IMG/VR virus record: IMGVR_UViG_3300037502_001442
Span: 7,823 to 71,822 of that record
Source of the DNA: a virus
Length of the DNA: 64,000 bases
Reading direction: 5' to 3' (one strand)
Shown here: positions 20,388-28,789 of the stretch, in pieces
Layout of the letters: every line of letters begins with the position of its first letter
How positions within the stretch are numbered: the stretch's first letter is position 1
Notes under the pieces: generated by a model
What the model was told of the DNA's origin: nothing
The model's input: only the letters and a program-made list of their open reading frames with translations
Database searches by the model: none
Translations under genes and position numbers: made by a program

Positions 20388-22142
20388 ATGGCTCTGTCCT
20401 CCTTTACCCTAAAGAAGACCATCGTCTCTGGTGGCTCGGCTCTTAGGCGCACGCACGTAAACCAAGATGCCAGCGACCCCGCTGGATCTGGTGACGTCGT
20501 AGAGGACAGCGGTCTTCGTTCAGACGGGTTCGTCATCGGGGTTCCTACTGCCGCTGACGAGTCAACGTTCTTTGCTGACATTTACGAGCGCGGACAAATT
20601 GAACTTGGGTGGTCCCTTAGCGTCGCCCTATCTGATACCCCAGTTGCTGGTAGTGACCCCAACGTATACGAGGCCGTGGAGATTCTCATCCGTGGTTCGG
20701 GACAGGGAGAGCCTGAGACAGCGGCCGACGGCGTACAGGTCACCTCCGTCATTTACAGCAACTACCGAGAGTCTTACACCGACGTCGCTGGTGCTGGTAG
20801 GCCCTACATCGCAGATGGTAGGTGGGCATATTACTCCATGTTTGTTCGATACCAGAACTACCTGGGAGACGCCTTCTACGAGAAGATCACGTCGATCTCT
20901 ATTCAGATGCCTTACAACTTTGGCTCTGCTGACCTTCTCTGGAACAAGATTCCTGCCTACTACAGGGAAGCCGACAACGCCTATGTCTTGCAAAACGAGA
21001 AGACGTACAACTACACCTCTGGCCCTCTGCGCCGTTTTATTGATCTCATTGGGTGGGAACTAGATCAGTACCGTAGCACCATCTACGACACCCAAAGAAT
21101 CAACGATCCCGATGTCATCCACAGTTCGGCCATCGATGCTCTAGCCACTCAGATGGGTGTGCCTTTCACCAAGGACATTCTTGGGACCGAAAAGTTGCGG
21201 GTCATTCTGGACAACATCGGGCACCTTCAGCGCACCAAGGGCACGCTGAACAGCATTCAGGAGTACATCAGCGCTTTGACAGGCTCCCGAGTTTCATATG
21301 ATGCTTCAGGGACGCCAGTGGTCTTTAACGTCCACCCACAGCGAGTTAACCTGACGACGGACCCGCTCTACCAGAATCCCGCCACCACAACGGACTCTGT
21401 CGGTGATGTCTATCGCAAGTTCTTTGCAGGTTTGGATGGTATTCGTGAGCATGGTTGGGGAGTATACGTCGACCAGGACTCCAGTGTCACCACCCCTCCG
21501 TCCATCACCGTGTCTGGTGGGGCAGTTCAGGTTGTGCTGGATGCTGGTACTGGAACCAGCAACGTTTACCTGTACAGCCGTGGGGCTTTTACGTACAACA
21601 ATGATTTGACGTATTACGCCAGCGCTGAGACTGGGGCCAGTTTCTCTCTTCGCTTTGTAGATTCCGCCCATGTAACTACAGAGTTGGAGTCTGGGTCTCC
21701 CCTGGTGACCTTCTACGACTCGTGGAACAACAACCTGTCCGCGTCCGCTGTGCCTGTGTACTCCAACATCAACGCCCCCAACAGAAGGATCGTTGGCAGT
21801 GTGCCCAGCACGACTACTCCCGAGGACAAGACTGTTGTTCCAGTCTTTGCGTTTGAGGTCAACCACAGCGCAGGAGCCAGCGCTACCCTGAACTTCTCCA
21901 AGCCTCTGGTCGAGCCCAACGGGGCTACTGGTGTGTTCTTCACTGGCAATAGCGCCCTAGGGCCGTTTGACTACCGCTGGGGCCCTAGCGACACCAGCAA
22001 CCCCCATGAGGACTTTTCATACTTCTCAATTGATGCTTACCGATCCCAGGAAGTGGCTGACTATGTGGTAGAAACATACGTCAAACCAGTTACGCTGGAG
22101 AAAACAACAGGGTACGTAATCAATTGGGATGTTCTTGAATGA
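20388..22142 (+). CDS. Baseplate wedge / tail protein I-like
   Basis: 'LWNKIPAYYR..D', 'LRRFIDLIG.ELD', 'KGTLNSI..YISALTG'; follows gpJ. Confidence 0.6.
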   Translation: MALSSFTLKKTIVSGGSALRRTHVNQDASDPAGSGDVVEDSGLRSDGFVIGVPTAADESTFFADIYERGQIELGWSLSVALSDTPVAGSDPNVYEAVEILIRGSGQGEPETAADGVQVTSVIYSNYRESYTDVAGAGRPYIADGRWAYYSMFVRYQNYLGDAFYEKITSISIQMPYNFGSADLLWNKIPAYYREADNAYVLQNEKTYNYTSGPLRRFIDLIGWELDQYRSTIYDTQRINDPDVIHSSAIDALATQMGVPFTKDILGTEKLRVILDNIGHLQRTKGTLNSIQEYISALTGSRVSYDASGTPVVFNVHPQRVNLTTDPLYQNPATTTDSVGDVYRKFFAGLDGIREHGWGVYVDQDSSVTTPPSITVSGGAVQVVLDAGTGTSNVYLYSRGAFTYNNDLTYYASAETGASFSLRFVDSAHVTTELESGSPLVTFYDSWNNNLSASAVPVYSNINAPNRRIVGSVPSTTTPEDKTVVPVFAFEVNHSAGASATLNFSKPLVEPNGATGVFFTGNSALGPFDYRWGPSDTSNPHEDFSYFSIDAYRSQEVADYVVETYVKPVTLEKTTGYVINWDVLE

Positions 22143-22390
22143 GTTATTTACTAGCAGGACTAGCGGTCTACAAACTGATGCAGTTGCTCAACTCCCTAAC
22201 CCCTAGGGAGGCCATGCCTTGGGTCAAGGTTCTTACGGGAATTATTCTGGGCTATGCGATAGCAATCCCATTTAGTGTTCCTGACAGGTGGACATCGGGG
22301 CTGGTTGTCGCTACAATCGCCTCCGCATGTCATGGCGTTCTGCGGTGCATCACACTGTTTGGCGACATGGCGCTTAAAAAGTCCAAGTAA
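22139..22390 (+). CDS. Small membrane protein, putative holin
   Basis: 83 aa with 2-3 hydrophobic segments and a basic C-terminus, at the end of the structural operon. Confidence 0.45.
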   Translation: MSYLLAGLAVYKLMQLLNSLTPREAMPWVKVLTGIILGYAIAIPFSVPDRWTSGLVVATIASACHGVLRCITLFGDMALKKSK

Positions 22391-22402
22391 CAGGAGCAAC
22401 AC

Positions 22403-23146
22403 ATGAAATACGGGATTGTGGGTAGTGGCGAAGCCACTGCCTCGGTGGTTCACGCAGGTCTGTCAGACCTTCTTTCCAAGGATAAGAACGCTGAGTTCCT
22501 TATCCACGCCAGGAAGTCGCCTCAGGGGGCAGTCGGGGATGTCTACGACTACCTCATCGACAACGAGGTTTCCTTCCGCGCCTACACCAGAATCGACGAC
22601 AAGGCGCCCAAGTTGCTCCTCGATTCGGCTCTGGACGTCGTCAAGACCGACGACCCTCTGAAGAGCATCCTCAACGATGCAGAGACGATCCTCATCCTGT
22701 GGGACGAGAAGAGCCCCGAGAACTCTGAGAAGATTTGCCTGATGGCTGACGCTGAAGGCATCGCGGTCCTTGACCTGTCTATGGCCCTCACTCCCATCGT
22801 GATCGAGTCGTCGGATGAGGCTCCCAAGGAAGAGCCTGCACCGAAGCAGGCCCCTCAGGTTGAGGAAGACGACGATGAGACCGAGTTCGTGCCCTTCTCT
22901 CGTGCAGAACTGGAGTCCATGACCATCGGAGTTCTCAGACGGCAGGCCAAGGCTCTAGGCATCGAGGGCTCGTTCACGACTAAGGAGGCACTGGTCGAGG
23001 CCATCACCGCCGTCAATGGAGGTGGCGAAGTCGCCTCAGACGTGCACGTGCCCAAGAGCGAGCAGGCAGTTGTGGTCTGGTATCAGGACGGACAGCCCAT
23101 GACTGTCCACATCGACTTGGAGAAGTTGAAGCCTCTACTTAGTTGA
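22403..23146 (+). CDS. Hypothetical protein (Rossmann-like N-terminus, Rho-N-like helical motif)
   Basis: 'KYGIVGSG'; 'ELESMTIGVLRRQAKALGI....TKEALVEAI' resembles the Rho N-terminal domain. Confidence 0.5.
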   Translation: MKYGIVGSGEATASVVHAGLSDLLSKDKNAEFLIHARKSPQGAVGDVYDYLIDNEVSFRAYTRIDDKAPKLLLDSALDVVKTDDPLKSILNDAETILILWDEKSPENSEKICLMADAEGIAVLDLSMALTPIVIESSDEAPKEEPAPKQAPQVEEDDDETEFVPFSRAELESMTIGVLRRQAKALGIEGSFTTKEALVEAITAVNGGGEVASDVHVPKSEQAVVVWYQDGQPMTVHIDLEKLKPLLS

Positions 23147-23572
23147 GGCTGTAAGCATCCAGCGCCACTTCTTGTGCACGTCATCACGGCCTGCCAAGAA
23201 GTCCATGATCCCCTGCTCGTTCTCTTTTTCGGCAGACGCAATGGCCTTGTTGATGGTCTCGATGACCCCATCGTTGACCTTCAGCAGGGCCTTTGCCATT
23301 GCCTTGGGCTCAGGCTTGACCTCCACGGACTCAACGGTGCGCAGGTCGGTGAACTTGCTGAGGGTAAACGGGGCGTACTCGTCGAGTTTGCGGATGTTCT
23401 CTGCAATCGGGTCGATGCTTCCATAGACGTCCCCGTAGATCTCGCCAAAGAGGGCGTGATACTGGTGGAAGTCCTCCCCCTCCACGTTCCAGTGATAACC
23501 CTGGGCGACGAAGGACATTGTGACAACATCAGACAACAAGGTCTTCAGGTCGTCAGATAACTTGCTCACCAC
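23135..23572 (-). CDS. dps: Dps / DNA-binding ferritin-like protein
   Basis: 'HWNVEGEDFHQYHALFGEIY......DPIAENIRKL', 'HKKWRWML' Dps ferroxidase motifs. Confidence 0.92.
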   Translation of the reverse strand: MVSKLSDDLKTLLSDVVTMSFVAQGYHWNVEGEDFHQYHALFGEIYGDVYGSIDPIAENIRKLDEYAPFTLSKFTDLRTVESVEVKPEPKAMAKALLKVNDGVIETINKAIASAEKENEQGIMDFLAGRDDVHKKWRWMLTASTK

Positions 23573-23859
23573 TTCACCTTGTCTGCCCAGTAAGCGGCGC
23601 TCATCTTGCCCTTGGCAATATTCTTGGCGTGACGCGCCTTGAACGACGCACGCTTGTCCTTCATGCGCTCGGACTCGCCCTCCTTGGGCTTGCCTGCGGT
23701 CTCTGCACCCTGCTCACCAAAGCGGATGGTCTTGATCTGGTCACCTTCCTTGGCAACCACGATGTGCGACTTGGTCGGATGGTCAGGGGTGCGCTTGGGC
23801 TTGTTGTAGCCCTCGACACCTGCCCGCTCCAGTCGGGGGTCCTTCTTCTTTGCGGCCAT
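23566..23859 (-). CDS. Small basic conserved phage protein
   Basis: 'YNKPKRTPDHPTKSHIVVAKEG..IKTIRFGEQG...RASFKARHAKNI.KGKMSAAYWADKVKW'. Confidence 0.75.
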   Translation of the reverse strand: MAAKKKDPRLERAGVEGYNKPKRTPDHPTKSHIVVAKEGDQIKTIRFGEQGAETAGKPKEGESERMKDKRASFKARHAKNIAKGKMSAAYWADKVKW

Positions 23860-24116
23860 TACTTTTTCCTCGCTGTCTTAGAAGCCTGTGCGGCTTTCTT
23901 GGTGTTGGGCACGAACTGCTTTCCTTTTTTCGTGCCCTCTTTCTTCTTCTTGCTGGTGGCTTCGTACTCTTCGTCACTCAGCGACTGAATCGCCTTCTTC
24001 GGAAGGTAGCGCTCACCAGTGGCGTCAGGACCTTGAGTGGAAGGCTTGCCAGACTTGGTGCCCCACTCTTCCTTCGTCCACTTGTCCAAGGACTTCTGTG
24101 ACTTTGCCTTAGCCAT
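23859..24116 (-). CDS. Small basic protein (DUF5872-like, C-terminal part)
   Basis: 'QKSLDKWTKEEWGTKSGK....TGERYLPKKAI', 'KGKQFV'. Confidence 0.65.
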   Translation of the reverse strand: MAKAKSQKSLDKWTKEEWGTKSGKPSTQGPDATGERYLPKKAIQSLSDEEYEATSKKKKEGTKKGKQFVPNTKKAAQASKTARKK

Positions 24117-24307
24117 CAGTCCTTGTATCCTCCGCCCTTGGCCTTATACTCCTTGGCCAGCATCTGGGCTTTTCTGGCAGACCACTCACCAGGGTCTCCA
24201 CCCTTGTCGCCTGCCTTGATCTTCTCGAATAGTTGCTTGCGCAACTTTGGCTTGGTGTAGTTACCAGCCTCGTTGACACGAGACTCGGTCTTCTTTTTCG
24301 CGGCCAT
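24116..24307 (-). CDS. Small basic protein (DUF5872-like, N-terminal part)
   Basis: 'NYTKPKLRKQLFEKIKAGDKGG.PGEWSARKAQMLAKEYKAKGGGYK'. Confidence 0.65.
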   Translation of the reverse strand: MAAKKKTESRVNEAGNYTKPKLRKQLFEKIKAGDKGGDPGEWSARKAQMLAKEYKAKGGGYKD

Positions 24308-24498
24308 TACTTCTTCTTGGTCTTCTTCTTGTCGTCTTTGCTTTGACCAGACTCAGAGAGAGCGATGGCGATGGCCTGCTTACGGCTCTTGACCTTGTCG
24401 CCAGAGGAGGACTTGAGTTTGCCCTCCTTGTACTCCCCCATGACCTTCTCGACCTTGGCTTGTTGTTTCTTGGTAGCCACCTTGTCCTCCTTTGACAA
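24307..24498 (-). CDS. Small basic protein (DUF6496-like)
   Basis: 'KVEKVMGEYKEGKLKSSSGDKVKSRKQAIAIALSE'; TTG start uncertain. Confidence 0.7.
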   Translation of the reverse strand: MSKEDKVATKKQQAKVEKVMGEYKEGKLKSSSGDKVKSRKQAIAIALSESGQSKDDKKKTKKK

Positions 24499-24674
24499 AT
24501 CTTGAAAAAGATGGGATGCTCAATGGTACACCATAAACAGCAATACCGAGGACCTAACCACGGATGGCTAGGCCCTCGGTATCACCGAGCAACCAACACA
24601 GGGGAGGGAACCGCAAGTGTCTACGGCGAGTGTATCATCGGCTTCCCGCAACCGTCAACCATAGGAGCAACAAT

Positions 24675-25175
24675 ATGAGCAACAACAAGTTCGGAGGGCC
24701 CTTCCTTCCCTTCCCACGATGGGCCATGAAGTCTCTGGTCGGGGACACCACAGCCATGGGGGTCCTCCTCCAGATGCTGATGTTCATGAACCCCGACAAC
24801 CAGACCACGACGACCTCGTACGAGTACATCGCCAGCCAGATCGGCGTGGACCGTAGAACAGTTATTCGCGCCGTCAAGCGTCTGGAGTCCATCGGGGTCC
24901 TGGTCAAGAAGACCCGCAAGAAGACGGACGGAAACGGCAACCTCTCCAACCTCTACGTGATCAAGTTCGATAGCCCTGAGGTCTTCGAGGTAGTGTCACC
25001 AGAGTCACTAGGTAGTGTCACGGGTGACACTAGGGGTGGTGACACCAGTGTCACTAGGGTGGTGTCACGGGTGTCACCCAATCAAGAGTATAAGAACAAG
25101 AGTAAAAACAAGAGTAACCGTACCAAGAAGCCGAATTCGGGGTACGAGGACTTGAGGGTGGACGAGCGCATATGA
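24675..25175 (+). CDS. HTH replication initiator (lambda O-like organisation)
   Basis: Winged HTH 'SYEYIASQIGVDRRTVIRAVKRLESIGVLVK...SNLYVI'; internal iterons; upstream of DnaC-like and DnaB genes; AGGAG RBS before ATG 24675. Confidence 0.75.
   Translation: MSNNKFGGPFLPFPRWAMKSLVGDTTAMGVLLQMLMFMNPDNQTTTTSYEYIASQIGVDRRTVIRAVKRLESIGVLVKKTRKKTDGNGNLSNLYVIKFDSPEVFEVVSPESLGSVTGDTRGGDTSVTRVVSRVSPNQEYKNKSKNKSNRTKKPNSGYEDLRVDERI
24993..25116. repeat. Iteron array and A-rich tract, putative replication origin
   Basis: Four units with about 23 bp period (24993, 25015, 25039, 25062), each two GTGTCAC/GTGACAC-type heptamers 2 bp apart; followed by three CAAGAGTA repeats. Confidence 0.75.
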
Positions 25176-25576
25176 GCACCGACGATTGGGGTAAGCCACT
25201 CGGGTGGGACCCAGACGACGCGCCTTCGGATCGGAAGCCCAAGAAGAAGCCCCGAGGCGGGGACTCGACCTACGGTCTCATCCAGTTCTTCACCGACAAC
25301 CTTCCCGCGAACTCTTGGGGAGACCTGAACTCTCCCGTGAACACCCGCGCCATGTCTGCTGGCGTCAAGAAAGCCAAGGACGCTGGCTACACACCCGACG
25401 AGATTCGTGGGATGATGAAGGCGTTCCTCGTGGAGATACAGAACAAGCCGTTGCCCAATGGGGTTGCGCCGTGGAGGGGGTTCCTTGCTAACCTCGACCG
25501 CCTCGCCCACAAGGTGAGGACCAGCAACACAGCAACGCAGTCCTACGAGGACCTAGAGGTGGACCACAGAATATGA
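25172..25576 (+). CDS. Hypothetical replication protein
   Basis: Coupled to the initiator and DnaC-like genes; shares the C-terminal YEDLxVDxRI motif with the initiator. Confidence 0.65.
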   Translation: MSTDDWGKPLGWDPDDAPSDRKPKKKPRGGDSTYGLIQFFTDNLPANSWGDLNSPVNTRAMSAGVKKAKDAGYTPDEIRGMMKAFLVEIQNKPLPNGVAPWRGFLANLDRLAHKVRTSNTATQSYEDLEVDHRI

Positions 25577-26229
25577 GCGAACTACGGAGTCAGCGCTACT
25601 GGCGCAACAGAGAGCCCGAGGAGCGCGTACGCAACACGGCAGTTCCCAAGAGGTTCCGCGCCGATACTCTCGATACGTTCAAGAGCAACTCGGCGGACAA
25701 GGAGACACTGCGTCTCGTGCACAAGTGGGTTGACAATGCTGTTGAGTACGCAGAGCAGGGTCAGGGACTCTACATCTGCGGAGGCACGGGGTCTGGCAAG
25801 ACGCACCTTGCTCAGGCAGTCCTGAAGCGAGTCGTGTACACGAACAAACTCTCGGGCATGTTCATCACCGCCGACAAGTACATCCAGTTGGCTTACAACG
25901 AGGTCAAGTTCGGTGACGACCTGCCAGAGGGCTATGAGGACCCGAACACGATGAAGTACCTTCAGGAGGTCTACGACATCGTGGTGCTGGACTCCCTCGG
26001 CTCTGAGCGCCCCACGGACTTCACTAGGCGCACAATCATCTCTCTCATTGAGTCCCGCTATCACAACCAGTTGGCGACCATCATCACGAGCACTCTCAGG
26101 CCAGATCAGGTCGAGTCGGTCTACAACACAAGCGTGCAGTCGATCATCAAGGAGTCGTGCTTCATCGCCCCACTCAAGAGCGGTGACTACCGAATCTCGA
26201 AGTGGCTGGATGACAATGCAGGGAAATGA
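25573..26229 (+). CDS. DnaC/IstB-like helicase loader ATPase
   Basis: Walker A 'GLYICGGTGSGKTHLA', Walker B 'IVVLDSLGSE', 'GDYR'. Confidence 0.85.
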   Translation: MSELRSQRYWRNREPEERVRNTAVPKRFRADTLDTFKSNSADKETLRLVHKWVDNAVEYAEQGQGLYICGGTGSGKTHLAQAVLKRVVYTNKLSGMFITADKYIQLAYNEVKFGDDLPEGYEDPNTMKYLQEVYDIVVLDSLGSERPTDFTRRTIISLIESRYHNQLATIITSTLRPDQVESVYNTSVQSIIKESCFIAPLKSGDYRISKWLDDNAGK

Positions 26230-26656
26230 CATCGCCTCGTTCTCCCCTACCGCTCAGGGAGTGATTTTCGACGGCCTCCTCGCCTCGCCCCCGTCTGGTA
26301 ACAAGGCCATCCTTGAGGCCATCCAGAAACGGCGCGACAGGTGGGACTCTGTCATCAACTTGTGGGAGCCGAACGACCTTCCGTTGAAAGCACTGAGTGA
26401 CTCTGTCAACCGACTCGGTCTCGGCACCGATGTTTACACGTTCATCCACCCAGACGCGGCTGACGCGATTGACAAGTGGTTGGTGCGTAAAGGGATATCC
26501 ACACCCGTGTACTACTACGAGACACCGCAGTTGCTGGAATACGACTTGCGCTTCAGCCGTGCGGTGCGTATCATCTACACCTCCAACGAGGAGTACGCAC
26601 GAATCCTTGGAATAAGAGCAACCGTAGTTAACCCAGAGAGGGCTTGGACACCGTAA
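26216..26656 (+). CDS. Hypothetical protein (possible degenerate HAD fold)
   Basis: Coupled ORF MQGNDIAS...; 'VIFDGLLA'. Confidence 0.55.
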   Translation: MQGNDIASFSPTAQGVIFDGLLASPPSGNKAILEAIQKRRDRWDSVINLWEPNDLPLKALSDSVNRLGLGTDVYTFIHPDAADAIDKWLVRKGISTPVYYYETPQLLEYDLRFSRAVRIIYTSNEEYARILGIRATVVNPERAWTP

Positions 26657-27915
26657 TGGCCAGCGCAGAGCATCTGCTCATTAGCAAGATCATCGAGACC
26701 CGCAGTCTCGAAGAGTGCATCAACGCTGGTCTTCGCCCCGACCACTTTGATTCCAAACTGGGGAACATCTACACGTGGATTCTTTCGTACTGGAGAGAGT
26801 ACGGAGAAGTGCCGACTGACCGTGTGGTCAAGCAGGAGTACGCCGACCTCCAGTTGCCCGACGCTCGCCCCGAGCCAATGGCCCGACTCATCGATGAGTT
26901 GTACGACGCCTACAAACTCCGTCAACTGACCCTGTCCGTACAAGCGGCCAGCCCTGCCCTGAGCAACGGCAACACCGAGTCCGCCATGAAGGTCCTCTCA
27001 GAGGGTTTGCAGAAAGCGGCACTTGAGGTCGCCCACCTTCGTGACGTTGACATCATCCAGTCGTGGGAGCAGAGGCTTCAGCGCTACAAGGAGATGCGGG
27101 ACACCCCGAACTTCCTGCGTGGCATACCGACTGGGTTCCATGGTCTGGACAAGATCACCGCAGGGTTCCGCCCCCAGCAGTTGATCACCTTCGTTGGTGA
27201 GGCCAAGAAGGGTAAGTCGCTCATGACGCTCATCATGGCTAACGCGGCCCACAACCACGGCATATCGCCCATGTACGTCTCGTTTGAGATGAGCATCGAG
27301 GAGCAGGAAGCCCGCTACGACGCCATCGTGGCTAACGTCTCGCACACCCGCCTCCTCCGTGGTGATTTCACCATGGCGGAACTGGAGCGCATTGAGAACG
27401 CCATTAAGATTCGCAAGAACATGCACCCGTTCTACATGACCGAGGATTCGTCGTCCCTCACGACGGTGAGCGCCATCGCTGGCAAGATTCAGCAGTACCG
27501 TCCTGGGCTCGTCATCGTCGACGGCGTGTACCTCATGGACGATGAGAACGGCGAACCCAAGGGGAGCCCGCAGGCTCTCACCAACATCACGAGGTCGCTC
27601 AAGAGACTCGCTCAGAGGTTCGATGTTCCTCTGATCGGCACCACGCAGGTTCTGTCGTGGAAGTTGGGTAACAAGAAGTCCCGACAGATAACATCGGACT
27701 CAATCGGATACACCTCATCGTTTGCTCAGGACTCTGACCTGATTCTCGGCGTTGAGTCGGACCCCGATATAGACAACCAAGCAATCATCCGTGTCGTTCT
27801 TGCCAGAACAGCACCCAAGGGCGAAGTTCGCATCAAGTGGGACTGGGAGAACATGGACTTCACGGAGGTGGGAGAAGATGGAGAACATGTCAACAACGAC
27901 GGCTGGTACTACTGA
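26656..27915 (+). CDS. dnaB: Replicative DNA helicase (DnaB-like)
   Basis: 'GIPTGFHGLDKITAG', Walker A 'GEAKKGKS', 'SFEMS', 'VIVDGVYLM', 'QDSDLILG'. Confidence 0.92.
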   Translation: MASAEHLLISKIIETRSLEECINAGLRPDHFDSKLGNIYTWILSYWREYGEVPTDRVVKQEYADLQLPDARPEPMARLIDELYDAYKLRQLTLSVQAASPALSNGNTESAMKVLSEGLQKAALEVAHLRDVDIIQSWEQRLQRYKEMRDTPNFLRGIPTGFHGLDKITAGFRPQQLITFVGEAKKGKSLMTLIMANAAHNHGISPMYVSFEMSIEEQEARYDAIVANVSHTRLLRGDFTMAELERIENAIKIRKNMHPFYMTEDSSSLTTVSAIAGKIQQYRPGLVIVDGVYLMDDENGEPKGSPQALTNITRSLKRLAQRFDVPLIGTTQVLSWKLGNKKSRQITSDSIGYTSSFAQDSDLILGVESDPDIDNQAIIRVVLARTAPKGEVRIKWDWENMDFTEVGEDGEHVNNDGWYY

Positions 27916-28789
27916 CCTCGTCGATTTCCTCACGTCCATTGGCGTGGAAATCAAGAGGGTCGGACAAGAGATTTCTGCGAAGTGCCCCGTGCACGTCGCA
28001 CGCACGGGCAAAGAGGACAGGTCCCCCTCGTGGTCCATGAACGCGGATACGGGACTGTGGATCTGCTACTCGTGCGGTGCCAAGGGCACGTTGCGCCAAC
28101 TCGCAACCGAACTGACTGGCAAAGACGACTTTGAGATCATCACGATGATGATGGAGACCAGCGTTGACCGTCTGACCATGCCTGCGATTGAGCGCAAGCC
28201 CGAGGTCGACATCAACAAGTACCTGAGTTACGGCCCCGTTCCCAAGCGGTACCTCAACAGCAGGAACCTGTCGGAAGAAGCGGCCAAGAAGAACGGCATT
28301 CGCTGGAACGACGAGAACAAGTCGTGGATCATCCCCATTGTTTCCTACGAGGGAGAACTGATGGGCTGGCAGGAAAAGGGCACCGACTTCACTCTCAACC
28401 ACCCGACGGGTGTCCGCAAGGGACAGACGCTGTTCGGTATTGAGCGGGCTCAGTACCCGACGACCATCGTCGTTGAGTCGCCTCTTGACGTGGTGCGGTT
28501 TGAGTCCGCCTTCGGTGGCATGAACTGTCTCGCTACCTTCGGTGCGCAGGTGACCAGCATCCAGATGCAATTACTGTCCCTCGTGTCCGAGAAGATCATC
28601 ATCGCTACGGACAACGACAAGGCTGGCATCGACAGCGCTAAGTCCATGTTTGACCGCATGCCCCTGCTCAAGGGTGGTGCATACTGGCTCAAGTATTCGC
28701 ACACCAAGGCCAAGGACATCGGAGACATGACTGACGACGAACTCGAAGAAGCCATCGTCGGCGCCTCTGTCATCCCTTGGTGGTACTGA
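27878..28789 (+). CDS. DNA primase (CHC2 zinc finger plus TOPRIM)
   Basis: 'CPVH...CYSCG' zinc finger; 'VVESPLD', 'ATDNDKAG', 'KDIGDM'; alternative start at 27887. Confidence 0.88.
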   Translation: MENMSTTTAGTTDLVDFLTSIGVEIKRVGQEISAKCPVHVARTGKEDRSPSWSMNADTGLWICYSCGAKGTLRQLATELTGKDDFEIITMMMETSVDRLTMPAIERKPEVDINKYLSYGPVPKRYLNSRNLSEEAAKKNGIRWNDENKSWIIPIVSYEGELMGWQEKGTDFTLNHPTGVRKGQTLFGIERAQYPTTIVVESPLDVVRFESAFGGMNCLATFGAQVTSIQMQLLSLVSEKIIIATDNDKAGIDSAKSMFDRMPLLKGGAYWLKYSHTKAKDIGDMTDDELEEAIVGASVIPWWY

